Source: Erysipelotrichales bacterium
GTDB taxonomy: Bacteria > Bacillota_I > Bacilli_A > JAJDGJ01
Direction of reading: 5' to 3'
Assembly (NCBI GenBank): GCA_036640095.1
Contig: JAVWHL010000001.1
Span: forward strand, 4,504 to 68,503
DNA: 64,000 nucleotides
The notes under the pieces were generated by a model that was not told the origin of the DNA, made no database searches, and saw nothing but the letters and a program-made list of their open reading frames with translations. Every line of letters begins with the position of its first letter. The first letter of the stretch is position 1. Below, piece by piece: positions 46,952-56,813 of the stretch. Made by a program: the position numbers and the translations under genes.

Positions 46952-48634
46952 TTAAACTCTTCTTATAATTTTTTTGAAACTAATAAGTAATACTAAGACG
47001 ATTGCTATACTTGAAAGAATCATGAAATCAGCACCAGCTTTAGCAATGTTTCCTTTACTTTCTTTTCTTTCTTTAATTACAACTTTTAAAGTTTTTGAAG
47101 TACCATTCTTAGTTGTATATGTAATTGTAGTTTCACCTTTTTTAAGAGCTCTAAATTTATTATTTTGTTGATAAACAGCACTTAAATATTTAGTGTCATA
47201 AGACCAACCTTTATTATCTTTTTGATCATCTATACTTGGAGTTAATTTAAATTCATCACCAATAAATACTTCTTTAGGTAGACCTGTGATATTTAAAGTT
47301 TCATTAACAATATCTTTATCTTTTACTTCAACATTAACAACTACTTCTTTACTTTGATTATATTCATCTTTAGCTACAAAAGTAATTGTTGTTTTACCAA
47401 TTTTTAGACCTTTAATAACTCCATCAGTATATTCAATGATTGTATCATCACCAATTACATGTGAAAGAGTACTTCCTTGAGTTGCACTAGCACTAAAATC
47501 ACTAATTTCTTCACCAGGCTTTAAAGTTAAGTTTAAACTAGAAGCACTAGCTTTTGGAAACTCATGGTTAATTTTTACTAATTTAGTTGAATATGAAGAA
47601 TTTCCCCAGTAACGCATAGAATTACTTTGAGAAGCTAAATCAATATTATATGCTCCATATTCTTTGAATAAATCACTATTAAAATCAATTTCACTAGCAT
47701 CATTAGCAGCTACTTCAGTAGGCATACCACCACTAGGTTTTTTAATTTGCCATGCTAATACATTAGCAAGACTACCTTTATCATCTTTTAATTGTCTTGC
47801 AATATCTGGCATTAGAATTTTTGTATCAATATTACTATCAGTATATAAATATAAGTCATCATATCTTACTACTTGTGTATGATTTAAAAGACCCCACTTA
47901 TCTACTTGACCTTCTTTTAATACAATTGTTGGAACTTTATCTACAATCATATTAGTATTAACATCTAATTCAGTTAACTCACTCAAATTATTTAATCCTA
48001 ATGAAATGTTTTCTAATTTATTATTTCCTAAGTCTAATGATTCTAAATCTTTAGAAGCTAATAATGCTTCAGGAAATCTTTTCAATTGGTTATTAGACAA
48101 TTTAATTTTTTTAGCTTGAGGAAATTTAGCATTCATCTCACTAATTTTATTTTGAGATAAATCAACATCTTTTATTGGTAAGTGAGATAAATCAACATTA
48201 AATGCATTCAATTCATTCATTGCAAGATCAAGTCGTTCTAATGAAACTAAATCTTCTAATTCAGCAGGTGCTTGTTTAATTGGACTAGCATTAATATCAA
48301 TATTTTTTAATTTAGTTAAATTTTTAATTTCTGAGGGAATTTCATTAATACTTGTTCCATGCAAAATTAAAGTCTCTACATTTCTTAAACGACCAATACC
48401 CTCAATTGTATCAATACTTGTTGTACCAGCAACTTTTATTACAGCCCTAACCCCATCAAGCTCTGCTTGTGTTACTACATCAGAAGGCTGTTTTTTTAAA
48501 CTATCTGCAATAGTTTGAGCAAACCTCTCATTAGGGAAGATATCTGAAATCTTCTCTGGATTACTTGCCCCAGCATTTAGCGGTAATGCTAACATAGCTA
48601 AAGCAAAGACAAATGCAATTATTCTTTTTTTCAC
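46952..48634 (-). CDS. Internalin-like leucine-rich-repeat surface protein with Ig-like (Big_2-type) C-terminal domains and a sorting-signal-like tail
   Basis: - Signal peptide.
- About 7 LRRs (L..L..L.L..N.I pattern).
- Two ITGLKIGKTTITF / LKKGETTITYT Big_2-like segments.
- C-terminus IAKAG + hydrophobic stretch + KKIIRRV.
- I moved the start to the GTG at 48634 after AAAGGAGA. Confidence 0.75.
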   Translation of the reverse strand: MKKRIIAFVFALAMLALPLNAGASNPEKISDIFPNERFAQTIADSLKKQPSDVVTQAELDGVRAVIKVAGTTSIDTIEGIGRLRNVETLILHGTSINEIPSEIKNLTKLKNIDINASPIKQAPAELEDLVSLERLDLAMNELNAFNVDLSHLPIKDVDLSQNKISEMNAKFPQAKKIKLSNNQLKRFPEALLASKDLESLDLGNNKLENISLGLNNLSELTELDVNTNMIVDKVPTIVLKEGQVDKWGLLNHTQVVRYDDLYLYTDSNIDTKILMPDIARQLKDDKGSLANVLAWQIKKPSGGMPTEVAANDASEIDFNSDLFKEYGAYNIDLASQSNSMRYWGNSSYSTKLVKINHEFPKASASSLNLTLKPGEEISDFSASATQGSTLSHVIGDDTIIEYTDGVIKGLKIGKTTITFVAKDEYNQSKEVVVNVEVKDKDIVNETLNITGLPKEVFIGDEFKLTPSIDDQKDNKGWSYDTKYLSAVYQQNNKFRALKKGETTITYTTKNGTSKTLKVVIKERKESKGNIAKAGADFMILSSIAIVLVLLISFKKIIRRV

Positions 48635-48779
48635 TATTATATTCTCCTTTATTATATTCGTTATAATTAACATATTTTAATTATAATCTATATAAATAGG
48701 AAAGTAAACCTATTTAGTAAATATCTTTTTATAATTGCTCTAAATAAAAAAGATAGCTATTAAAAGCTATCTTTTATGA

Positions 48780-51700
48780 CTATTGTTTTCTAAAATCTTT
48801 AGCTACATACATTACTCCACCTGCTAGTAATAATAAACTTATAACAATAAATGTATCTTGCCCTGTCTTAGGAATCTTTTTCTTATCTTTATCTTTGTCT
48901 TTATCTTTGTCTTTATCTTTCACCACTACTACACTAGCAGCATTTGGTTCAACAACTTGAGTACTATTAGTAGCAATCGCAAAAGAGTTCACTGCTTTTA
49001 TTTTAGCTGCTTCTTTCTCATTAATGATATTGCTTGGTAAATTGTTAAGTGTAGGTGCAACCAATTGATAATTAACTACCATACCTTTATTTTGTACCCA
49101 ATCAATACCATCTTTAGCTTCTATCTTAAAGGAATTAATCTTAGACCAATCACTAACTTTGCTTGCAGTTAACCAAGTAGCATCCTCAGCTCCATCAGCA
49201 TTAGTAAGGTGTTGAGCACCATTAGGATACTTAGTATATTTATCTAAAATACCCGCTACTTTAGGATTTGCTGTTGTACTATATTTTATCTCAACTTTAT
49301 CTTGCCAAGCACTAGGAATACTAATTGCCTTAGTAAGTTTCATTCTAAATTGAGAACCACGATCTTCATTAGTAGTTAATGTTTTATCACCAACATTTGG
49401 TAAAGTGTTTATTAGTGTTAATCTAGACACTTTATCATTTGAAGTATTTAAAATTTCCATTTGATAGTCTACTTTACTACCTGCTATTGTCTTAGCATCT
49501 AAAGAATAATTCTTATCAGCACTACCTCTAGCTTTTAAAGATACATCTAAGATATCTTTATTATTTGCTATATAACGAGAACCAGTACTAATTACATACT
49601 CTTCTTTATCACCATTACCATTTAAATCTAAAGTATCTTTAGTTCTGTATGAATCTGTTATTAGTGGAGTGCCTGTAATCTTTGGAACACTGAAATCTTG
49701 TGTATTTAGGAATAATGATAAGTTTAGTTCAATATCAGAAGGAATTGTTTCAGCAACATTAACATTAATTCCAGCTTTTAAATACTCTTCAGGTACAAGT
49801 TGAGCTTTCTTCCATGATACTTTTACTAATTCGCGATTAGTATTATTGAAGTTTTTATTTACTGATGTAATAGTGTAATTATCATTTAGTGCTTCAGTAT
49901 TTTCTAAAGTAACTCCTAAAGGTAATAGAGTATATCCCTCTATTGGACCTTCTATATTACGTAAAGAAGCAGGATCATTTTGTATTTGCACCATTACCTT
50001 ATTAGAACCAGGAGCAACTACATTACCATTTTTCTCATCGAATTGAACAATACCAATTCCAACTTTAGTTTCACCTTCAGGTACTGGAACTATATTAGCA
50101 GAATGAGGTCCCCAAAACTTCTTCCAATCTGGATCCCATGGATTACCATCTGGACCACCTTTTTTAAAAACTACATTACCATTAAAACGAACACCATCAC
50201 CAATAATTACATCTTTTAGACTATTTTCAACACGACCAACATAACCTGGTTCAACATTGAAATAAAAATTTAGATTTCTACCAAACATTCCAGCTGGTAC
50301 GCCCTTTTGATCCCAAAAAGTATCTGCATTTGCTTGGAATACTAGTTTAATCTCACTAATATGCTTATCACTTTTGATATTCTGAATCCATTTTTGATGA
50401 GTCACATCTTTATACAATAATGAATACTCACTATCTTGATTAGCTTTTGTACCATATTTAACATAAATATCATATATCACTGGAGTTTGTAATGGCACAG
50501 TATCAGTTGGGAATTTAGAATTTGGAGAATACGAGAATGAACCAGTATAAATTCTATCTAAGTTTAAGTGATCATCAATACTATAAATCATTTCATAACT
50601 AGTAGGACCATATTCAGGATGATCAAACATAGCTACTGATGGAGTAACCCCAAAAGCAAACTGTCCATTTTCATAACTTGTAATATCTAAATTTGATGAA
50701 AGACCTGTTCCACCTTTATTATCTTTTGGCCCTCTTGTACTTATTGCCCAAGCAGTTCCATCAGAACTAACCTCAGTTGGTTTAAATACTGTAACAGTTA
50801 CTTTACCATCTAGATTATTAGTTGTAAGGTTCGATTCATCAAAGAAAGTCATATTAGATTCAACTGTATTTACTAATCCAGTATAATCGGGAGTACCAAC
50901 TTTAACTTTGACTTTTATTTGAAATTTTTCTTCAAAGAAGTTCTTATTTGCTTTTTCTTGTTGCTCATAAGTAGGAGCATTAATTTCCCATACAAGAGTT
51001 GTACTACCATCAGCATTGGCAACTACTTCTTTTGGAGTAGGTGTATTACCAATTACTTCTTCGTACGTTTGGTGTTTATCTAATTTATAATTAATTTTAA
51101 TTTTAGTACCTTCTTTTATAAATTTAGAACCTGAATCTAATCTAGGAACCGATACTGAAAAATCCCATATTGAAGAATCACCAGCTTTAGGCACAATAAA
51201 TTCGTTATTATGAACTTTTAAAAACTTGTTTGTTAGAGCTACTTTATTATTTGATTTAATAGTAGAGTAAGCTTCTTGTTCAACATTGCTTTTAACTCCA
51301 TTAGAATCAACAAGATTATCAGCACTAAATATGGCTTTAACTTTTACTATTGAATTATCAGGTGTTAAACCATTCTTAGTATTAAGCTTTAATATAACCT
51401 TATTAGCATGACCTGCATCTAATTTTTTAAAAGACCAAGTTAATTTAGTTTTATCAGCGTTTAATTGTGGCTTAATATTAGCGATTGCTAGCTCACTTAA
51501 ATCTTGATCAAAACTTAAATAATCAGCTTTAGGTAAATCAACAACAATCTTTGCATTATCTAAAATTGTCTTACTACCTGTAACTTTTAAATGAATATTA
51601 AAGTTTGCTACATGACCTGCTTCATAACTAGACTTTTGAGCTTCAAGGCTAAAATCACCTTTTTTATTTCCACTTGGAAATGCTTTAGTGTCTATTGTTT

Positions 51701-51836
51701 TACTTTTCTTTGTTTCAATTTTATTTTCTTTTTTATCTAATTCTTGTGCTGAAATATTTGCCATAGCAACACTAAAAATAAACACTCCTAATATAATAGA
51801 TAATAAAGTAAATAACTTACAATTCTTCTTTATCAT
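48780..51836 (-). CDS. Large (~1018 aa) wall-anchored surface protein with a (KD)n spacer and an IPKTG sorting signal
   Basis: Signal peptide (MIKKNCKLFTLLSIILGVFIFSVAMA), a long beta-rich body, and C-terminus VVKDKDKDKDKDKDKKKIPKTGQD + TM + KDFRKQ. I trimmed the start to the ATG at 51836. Confidence 0.75.
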   Translation of the reverse strand: MIKKNCKLFTLLSIILGVFIFSVAMANISAQELDKKENKIETKKSKTIDTKAFPSGNKKGDFSLEAQKSSYEAGHVANFNIHLKVTGSKTILDNAKIVVDLPKADYLSFDQDLSELAIANIKPQLNADKTKLTWSFKKLDAGHANKVILKLNTKNGLTPDNSIVKVKAIFSADNLVDSNGVKSNVEQEAYSTIKSNNKVALTNKFLKVHNNEFIVPKAGDSSIWDFSVSVPRLDSGSKFIKEGTKIKINYKLDKHQTYEEVIGNTPTPKEVVANADGSTTLVWEINAPTYEQQEKANKNFFEEKFQIKVKVKVGTPDYTGLVNTVESNMTFFDESNLTTNNLDGKVTVTVFKPTEVSSDGTAWAISTRGPKDNKGGTGLSSNLDITSYENGQFAFGVTPSVAMFDHPEYGPTSYEMIYSIDDHLNLDRIYTGSFSYSPNSKFPTDTVPLQTPVIYDIYVKYGTKANQDSEYSLLYKDVTHQKWIQNIKSDKHISEIKLVFQANADTFWDQKGVPAGMFGRNLNFYFNVEPGYVGRVENSLKDVIIGDGVRFNGNVVFKKGGPDGNPWDPDWKKFWGPHSANIVPVPEGETKVGIGIVQFDEKNGNVVAPGSNKVMVQIQNDPASLRNIEGPIEGYTLLPLGVTLENTEALNDNYTITSVNKNFNNTNRELVKVSWKKAQLVPEEYLKAGINVNVAETIPSDIELNLSLFLNTQDFSVPKITGTPLITDSYRTKDTLDLNGNGDKEEYVISTGSRYIANNKDILDVSLKARGSADKNYSLDAKTIAGSKVDYQMEILNTSNDKVSRLTLINTLPNVGDKTLTTNEDRGSQFRMKLTKAISIPSAWQDKVEIKYSTTANPKVAGILDKYTKYPNGAQHLTNADGAEDATWLTASKVSDWSKINSFKIEAKDGIDWVQNKGMVVNYQLVAPTLNNLPSNIINEKEAAKIKAVNSFAIATNSTQVVEPNAASVVVVKDKDKDKDKDKDKKKIPKTGQDTFIVISLLLLAGGVMYVAKDFRKQ
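48882..48920 (-). repeat. Hexanucleotide tandem repeat (AAAGAY)6 encoding (KD)6
   Basis: Plus strand reads ...ttatctttatctttgtctttatctttgtctttatcttt..., directly upstream of the IPKTG codons (48861..48875). Confidence 0.85.
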
Positions 51837-52096
51837 TTGAAGACCCCTCTCAATAATTTTTGCTCTACTTTTCATTACAATTATAACACAATTTAACCAT
51901 AAACGGTACATTTTATTCACAATCATAGTGTTTTTATTTATTTCTTACAAAAATGTAAGATATTCTTAATATAAAATGAAGGTTATTTTTTATTGAAAAG
52001 CTTATACTTATTACAGAAGTTAAAAATAATATATTTTTTCTTCAGTTGTAATCACCTAAAGTAGATTATTTTCTCACAATTATACATCTATTTAAT

Positions 52097-52135
52097 AAAA
52101 GAACACTCTTTTTGAAGGGTGTTCTTTTATTTTAT
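52097..52135. terminator. Orphan terminator-like hairpin in a divergent intergenic region
   Basis: AAAAGAACAC-(12 nt)-GTGTTCTTTT followed by ATTTTAT, with an A-rich run before it. There is no annotated gene for it to terminate. Confidence 0.4.
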
Positions 52136-52251
52136 GAACTATTTGATACTTTACATATGATTTTCAGTACTATTTTAGTATACTAAATTAAAATATCCTT
52201 AAAAATATGATATAGTATATTAGTAAAATATAATGTATAGGTGGATATAAT

Positions 52252-53748
52252 ATGGAACAAAAATCTCAAGACTTTTCTTCAAAGAAGATAGTCTTAATAA
52301 TTACAACAACAGTTTTTTCATTTTCAAGCTCAACAACAGCTTTCTTTTCAATGGGGTTATCATCATTATTCTGGTTAGCTTTAGCAGCATTATTCTACTT
52401 CATTCCGTTTGCTTTAATTAATTCGGAATTTACTAGTGCTTATCCTAAATCAAAAGGAAGCTTATATCAATGGATATCAGAGAACTTATCTCAAAGAATT
52501 GCATTCATTACAACATTCATTTGGTATTCAAGTTACTTTATTTGGATGATGTCACTCTTTACAAAACTTTGGATTCCATTTGGGATTATGTTATTTGGAA
52601 AAGATATTTCTAAGTTAGACTTTATTTATGGTATTCCAACAAAATGGATACTTACCCTTTTATGTATTGTAGGGGTTATTATTTTAACAACAATTATAAA
52701 AAGAGGATTTGTTAAAATAGCCCGTTGGTTAGTAATCGGTGGTATTTGTATGAGTATCTTAGTATTTATTACTATAACTAGTAATTTAATTATTTCATTT
52801 ATTCATCCCGATCAAATTATCCCTAATATTAAATCTAGTATAGATAGTCCGACTTTCTTTGAAACAGATAAGTTAACTGGATTTGCAGCTCAATTACCAT
52901 TCTTTATATTTGCTATAACAGCATTTGGAGGCCTTGATACTATTTCAAGTTTAATTGATAAAGTTGGTAATAAGAAAAATAAATTTTCAAAGGCAATATT
53001 AATTGGTGGTGTCCTAGTCTTCATTGTTTATTTCCTAGATATTCTAACTTGGAGTATGGGAAGTAACTTTGTTGAAGTGCACTCACAAGTAGATCAGCAT
53101 TTAGGTAATTTAATGTATGGGTTAATGGATGTCCTTTCAAAGGAATTAGCCTCTAGTTTACACTTCTCTAGTGGTGCTACTTACTTTATTAATCAATTAT
53201 TTATAAGATTTACAGCACTAACATTATTTGTTAGTTATATAGGTCTTTTAGCAACTATAGGTTATGCACCATTAAAAGTTCTTATTCAAGGTGGCGATAG
53301 TTCTTTATTTCCTAAGTTCTTACTAAAAGAAAATAAGAATGGAATACTTGTAAATGCTGTTCATACACAAGCACTAATCATTGCTGTATTTGTTGTTCTA
53401 CTTTCTTTAGGAAGTGCTTTAGTTAGTAGTTTATATAACCAATTAACTTTAATGACTAATTTATCAAGAAGTTTGCCTTATCTACTAATCGCATTATCAT
53501 ATCCTTTCTTTAAAGCTAAGTTTAAGGGCGAATACATGCAATTAATCAAACATAAGTGGCAAATATACTTTCTAACAAGTTCTGTTTTCCTATGCGTCTT
53601 TTTAGCAGTAAGTTTTGAAGTATATTCAACATTCATAAACGACGGCTTTACAAGTGCCTTATTCTTAATTATAGGACCACTTCTTGCAGGAACTGCAGCT
53701 AATATTATCTATAAAAGAAATCAAAAGAGAAAACTACAAGTACAATAA
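52252..53748 (+). CDS. APC-superfamily amino acid permease
   Basis: 498 aa, about 12 TMs, no soluble domains, with a glutamate/GABA-antiporter-like layout. Confidence 0.7.
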   Translation: MEQKSQDFSSKKIVLIITTTVFSFSSSTTAFFSMGLSSLFWLALAALFYFIPFALINSEFTSAYPKSKGSLYQWISENLSQRIAFITTFIWYSSYFIWMMSLFTKLWIPFGIMLFGKDISKLDFIYGIPTKWILTLLCIVGVIILTTIIKRGFVKIARWLVIGGICMSILVFITITSNLIISFIHPDQIIPNIKSSIDSPTFFETDKLTGFAAQLPFFIFAITAFGGLDTISSLIDKVGNKKNKFSKAILIGGVLVFIVYFLDILTWSMGSNFVEVHSQVDQHLGNLMYGLMDVLSKELASSLHFSSGATYFINQLFIRFTALTLFVSYIGLLATIGYAPLKVLIQGGDSSLFPKFLLKENKNGILVNAVHTQALIIAVFVVLLSLGSALVSSLYNQLTLMTNLSRSLPYLLIALSYPFFKAKFKGEYMQLIKHKWQIYFLTSSVFLCVFLAVSFEVYSTFINDGFTSALFLIIGPLLAGTAANIIYKRNQKRKLQVQ

Positions 53749-53776
53749 AACAGACTTAATATAGTCTGTTTTTTTC
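53749..53776 (+). terminator. Intrinsic terminator after the permease
   Basis: AACAGACT-TAATAT-AGTCTGTT followed by T6. Confidence 0.75.
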
Positions 53777-53861
53777 TAGATTAGAATGCAATAATTTTTT
53801 AGAAGAGATGGTGGTAATTGATTGTGTCCCTATCAAGTAAATATTTAAGTAAAAAAGAATA

Positions 53862-54059
53862 TTAAGAATTTTGATTCATATATTGTATAAGGCTCATTTT
53901 TAATCTAAGCTGTATTCTTTCTTCATTATAGTATTTTATATATTCATCCAAATTCTCGAACAGTTCTTTCTTTGATTGTGGATTGTAGAACGTATAAAAA
54001 TCATCTTTTAAATAACCAAAAAAGTAGACAAGATATTTTATATCTTTGTCTACTTTCAT
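53862..54059 (-). pseudogene. IS3-family transposase remnant (C-terminal ~65 aa only)
   Basis: ...ELFENLDEYIKYYNEERIQLRLKMSLIQYMNQ matches the conserved C-terminal tail of IS3/IS150 OrfB. No catalytic core, OrfA or inverted repeats are present. Confidence 0.65.
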
Positions 54060-54080
54060 ATTACTACTTGTTTAAGAGAA

Positions 54081-56687
54081 TTATTTTCTTATATATATAT
54101 AAGCTAATGAAGCACTTCCCATAACAAATAAAGTAACCAATAACAATTGATTTTCTTGACCTGTTTTAGAAATATTTTTAACCTTTTTCTTTGGTTCTTT
54201 AACATCAGGCTTAACTGGATCTACAGCCTTATTAGTATATTTACCATATAAAGTCGTATGTTTATCAATAGCCGTATTTAAATCTGCTTTGTTTGTTAAT
54301 TGTTTATCTGTATACCATACAATATTTATAAATTCTTTACCATTCTCACTAGTGTTTAAATCTTCTATAATTGTATGTAAAACAGTATTTCTTTCTACTT
54401 TAGAACTTGGTACTTTAATATCTTTGTTATTTACTACTTCAAAATCAACATTAACTGACCATTTAGCAAATAATGTAATATCTTCACTTACCTTATCATT
54501 ATCGAAATCCCATTTTTTTGATAAGTTACCTTTATTATCTTTTAAATACCAACCATCAAAATTTGCTGTTTCATGCCATACAGGCGAACCTGGATTTGAT
54601 GCTAGTTCATTTTTTACAACAGCTTGTGATAAGTTTATTGTACTATTATCACTAATACTTGCTCCATTTAAATCGAATGTTACATTATGCTTAATAATTT
54701 TTTCATATTTTGCATATAGTGTTAAGTATACATCAGTTTGAAGTCCTGTACTAAAATCAAATTTAGTTCCGTCTTCTTCATACCATCCTAAAAATTTATA
54801 TTTAGTTGTATCAGGGTTTATTGGAGTTAATGCTCCTGTTCCCTTATATGATTTATGAGATAATTCACTTCCATCAATTGGATAATTTGTAATATCTAAA
54901 TCAGTAATTGCACCATCTTTGTTACCATTATAATAAGTAAACGCATCATAACCGACATATACATCATCACCATTATATGCATTGTTGTAATTACCATCAA
55001 TATAGCTAACAGTTGCTTTACTATATGTTGTATCTTTAACATTAGCTTTATGGATTTTAGAAATTTTAGCATCTTGTGATTCGTTATAGCTCCAAATAAT
55101 TGGATCTTGTGATTTATTATTTTCAAATGAAACTTTATCTAATAATAATGCATTTGGATAGTCTTCTAAGATTGATGCTTCAATTGCGCCACCTTGTCCA
55201 CCTTTGTTAAATCCAGGACCAAAATCTTTACCAGTTATTAAATTATTCTTTAGTTGTGAATTTTTTATTACATATTGATGATCAATTCTATTAGGCGATT
55301 GCAAGTTATAATGAATCGCTCCACCTATATGATCACCTTTATTATTATTAAGTGTACTATCTTGAATGATAAAGTTAGTATAACCACTATAATCATTATA
55401 TATATTAATAGCTCCACCTGTTTGTGCAAAATTATTATTTAATTCTGAATTTTTTATAATAAATTTAGAGTTAGCTTTAAACTGTTCAACCCCTATTGCA
55501 CCACCATTACTAGGGTCTCCTGTTACATTATTATTTTCTTTATCATATTCCATTTGATTTGCTTTATTCTCATTCATTTTTACATTATCTAATGTAGTTG
55601 TTGAATTTCCTTCTTCTGTAAGATCAAGAGCAACATGTCCTCGATATGCATAGTTATTTATAAAATCTGTATTTGAAATATTTGTCGTAGATGCATCACG
55701 ATGTCTTATTCTTAAAGCAGCACCCGTACCATTTTTGTTTTCATTTTCAATAAACTTAGAACCAATGATATTCAATGTAGAATCATTTCTAGCATCATAA
55801 TTCATTGCAGCTGCCCCACTCATAATATTTTTACTAAACGTAATATTTTTTAAAGTTACAGTTCCACCTTCATTATAAAGACCTAATGCTCCTCCACTTG
55901 GATTTTCAACATTGTTAGAAACGAATTCAACATTTTCTAATAATATATCACTATTCTTAGCATCAAGAAACATCATTGCAGAGCTACTAGCTCCTCTAAT
56001 ACTACTATTGTTAATAACTTTAGTATTTTTGATTACCAAACTACTATTATTTGAATTAGCAAACTTAATTACTCCATCTTCCCACTCGATAAGATGATTA
56101 TCCTGTACTACTAATCCATCTATTTCATTACCCTCAGCTTTTGATTCTAGAGAAAGTCCACCTTTTTTAAGTGTTGTTGAACCATGTAATTCAACATTTT
56201 CAAAATTTAATTTAATCGCTTTATCACCAGTAACTACTATATGTTTCTTACCATTAGCATTCCTTAATATTACCGGTTGATTATCACTTGAAACAAGCTT
56301 AAGACTAGTAATTGCATTATTATTAATAGCGATTTCTTTTGTTAAATCAATTGTCTTACCACACTCAAACGCTAGTACAACATCACCAGTTGCACCACTT
56401 AGAGCAGCATCTATATCAGTTTCACTACTTATTAAACTAGTATTGGCTTTAGTTATTACATTCGCTTTTTTTAATTGATTAGAATTCTTACTTTCAACTT
56501 CACCAGTTTCTTTTTCTTTAACATCTACTTTATTAGTATCTGTATTTTCTTCTTTTATAATTTCCTCAGTTTTAGTATCTTCTTGTTCTATATTTATTTC
56601 TTGAGCACTAGCACTAAATGAATTATATCCCGCTAAGCTAACAACAAATAATAATAAAACAAGAATTATTCTTAATTTTTTATTCAA
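54081..56687 (-). CDS. Wall-anchored beta-helix adhesin-like protein (Pmp-type GGA[ILV]/FxxN repeats + Listeria-Bacteroides Flg_new repeats + ISKTG sorting signal)
   Basis: - Repeated GGALGLYN, GGAIGVEQ, GGAINIYN, GGAIHYNL and GGAIEASI, interleaved with F..N motifs.
- Three Flg_new-like units (F.GWY..D....FDF......D..LYAKY).
- C-terminus ISKTGQ (54159..54173) + TM + IRK.
- Probable TTG start at 56687 after AGAGAGGTG. Confidence 0.7.
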   Translation of the reverse strand: MNKKLRIILVLLLFVVSLAGYNSFSASAQEINIEQEDTKTEEIIKEENTDTNKVDVKEKETGEVESKNSNQLKKANVITKANTSLISSETDIDAALSGATGDVVLAFECGKTIDLTKEIAINNNAITSLKLVSSDNQPVILRNANGKKHIVVTGDKAIKLNFENVELHGSTTLKKGGLSLESKAEGNEIDGLVVQDNHLIEWEDGVIKFANSNNSSLVIKNTKVINNSSIRGASSSAMMFLDAKNSDILLENVEFVSNNVENPSGGALGLYNEGGTVTLKNITFSKNIMSGAAAMNYDARNDSTLNIIGSKFIENENKNGTGAALRIRHRDASTTNISNTDFINNYAYRGHVALDLTEEGNSTTTLDNVKMNENKANQMEYDKENNNVTGDPSNGGAIGVEQFKANSKFIIKNSELNNNFAQTGGAINIYNDYSGYTNFIIQDSTLNNNKGDHIGGAIHYNLQSPNRIDHQYVIKNSQLKNNLITGKDFGPGFNKGGQGGAIEASILEDYPNALLLDKVSFENNKSQDPIIWSYNESQDAKISKIHKANVKDTTYSKATVSYIDGNYNNAYNGDDVYVGYDAFTYYNGNKDGAITDLDITNYPIDGSELSHKSYKGTGALTPINPDTTKYKFLGWYEEDGTKFDFSTGLQTDVYLTLYAKYEKIIKHNVTFDLNGASISDNSTINLSQAVVKNELASNPGSPVWHETANFDGWYLKDNKGNLSKKWDFDNDKVSEDITLFAKWSVNVDFEVVNNKDIKVPSSKVERNTVLHTIIEDLNTSENGKEFINIVWYTDKQLTNKADLNTAIDKHTTLYGKYTNKAVDPVKPDVKEPKKKVKNISKTGQENQLLLVTLFVMGSASLAYIYIRK

Positions 56688-56813
56688 AATCCCACACCTC
56701 TCTATTTTACATGACATAATTCTACCATTTTTAACACTTATATTCAACACATTATATATTTTGTGTTCCCTAGAATTTAAAAAAACACTGTAAATTCAGC
56801 GTTTAATTTCATA

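Noticed and set aside
53862-54059. Active insertion sequence
   Set aside because: Only the last ~65 codons of an IS3-type OrfB are present. There is no DDE core, OrfA, frameshift site or terminal inverted repeats, so I called it a remnant.
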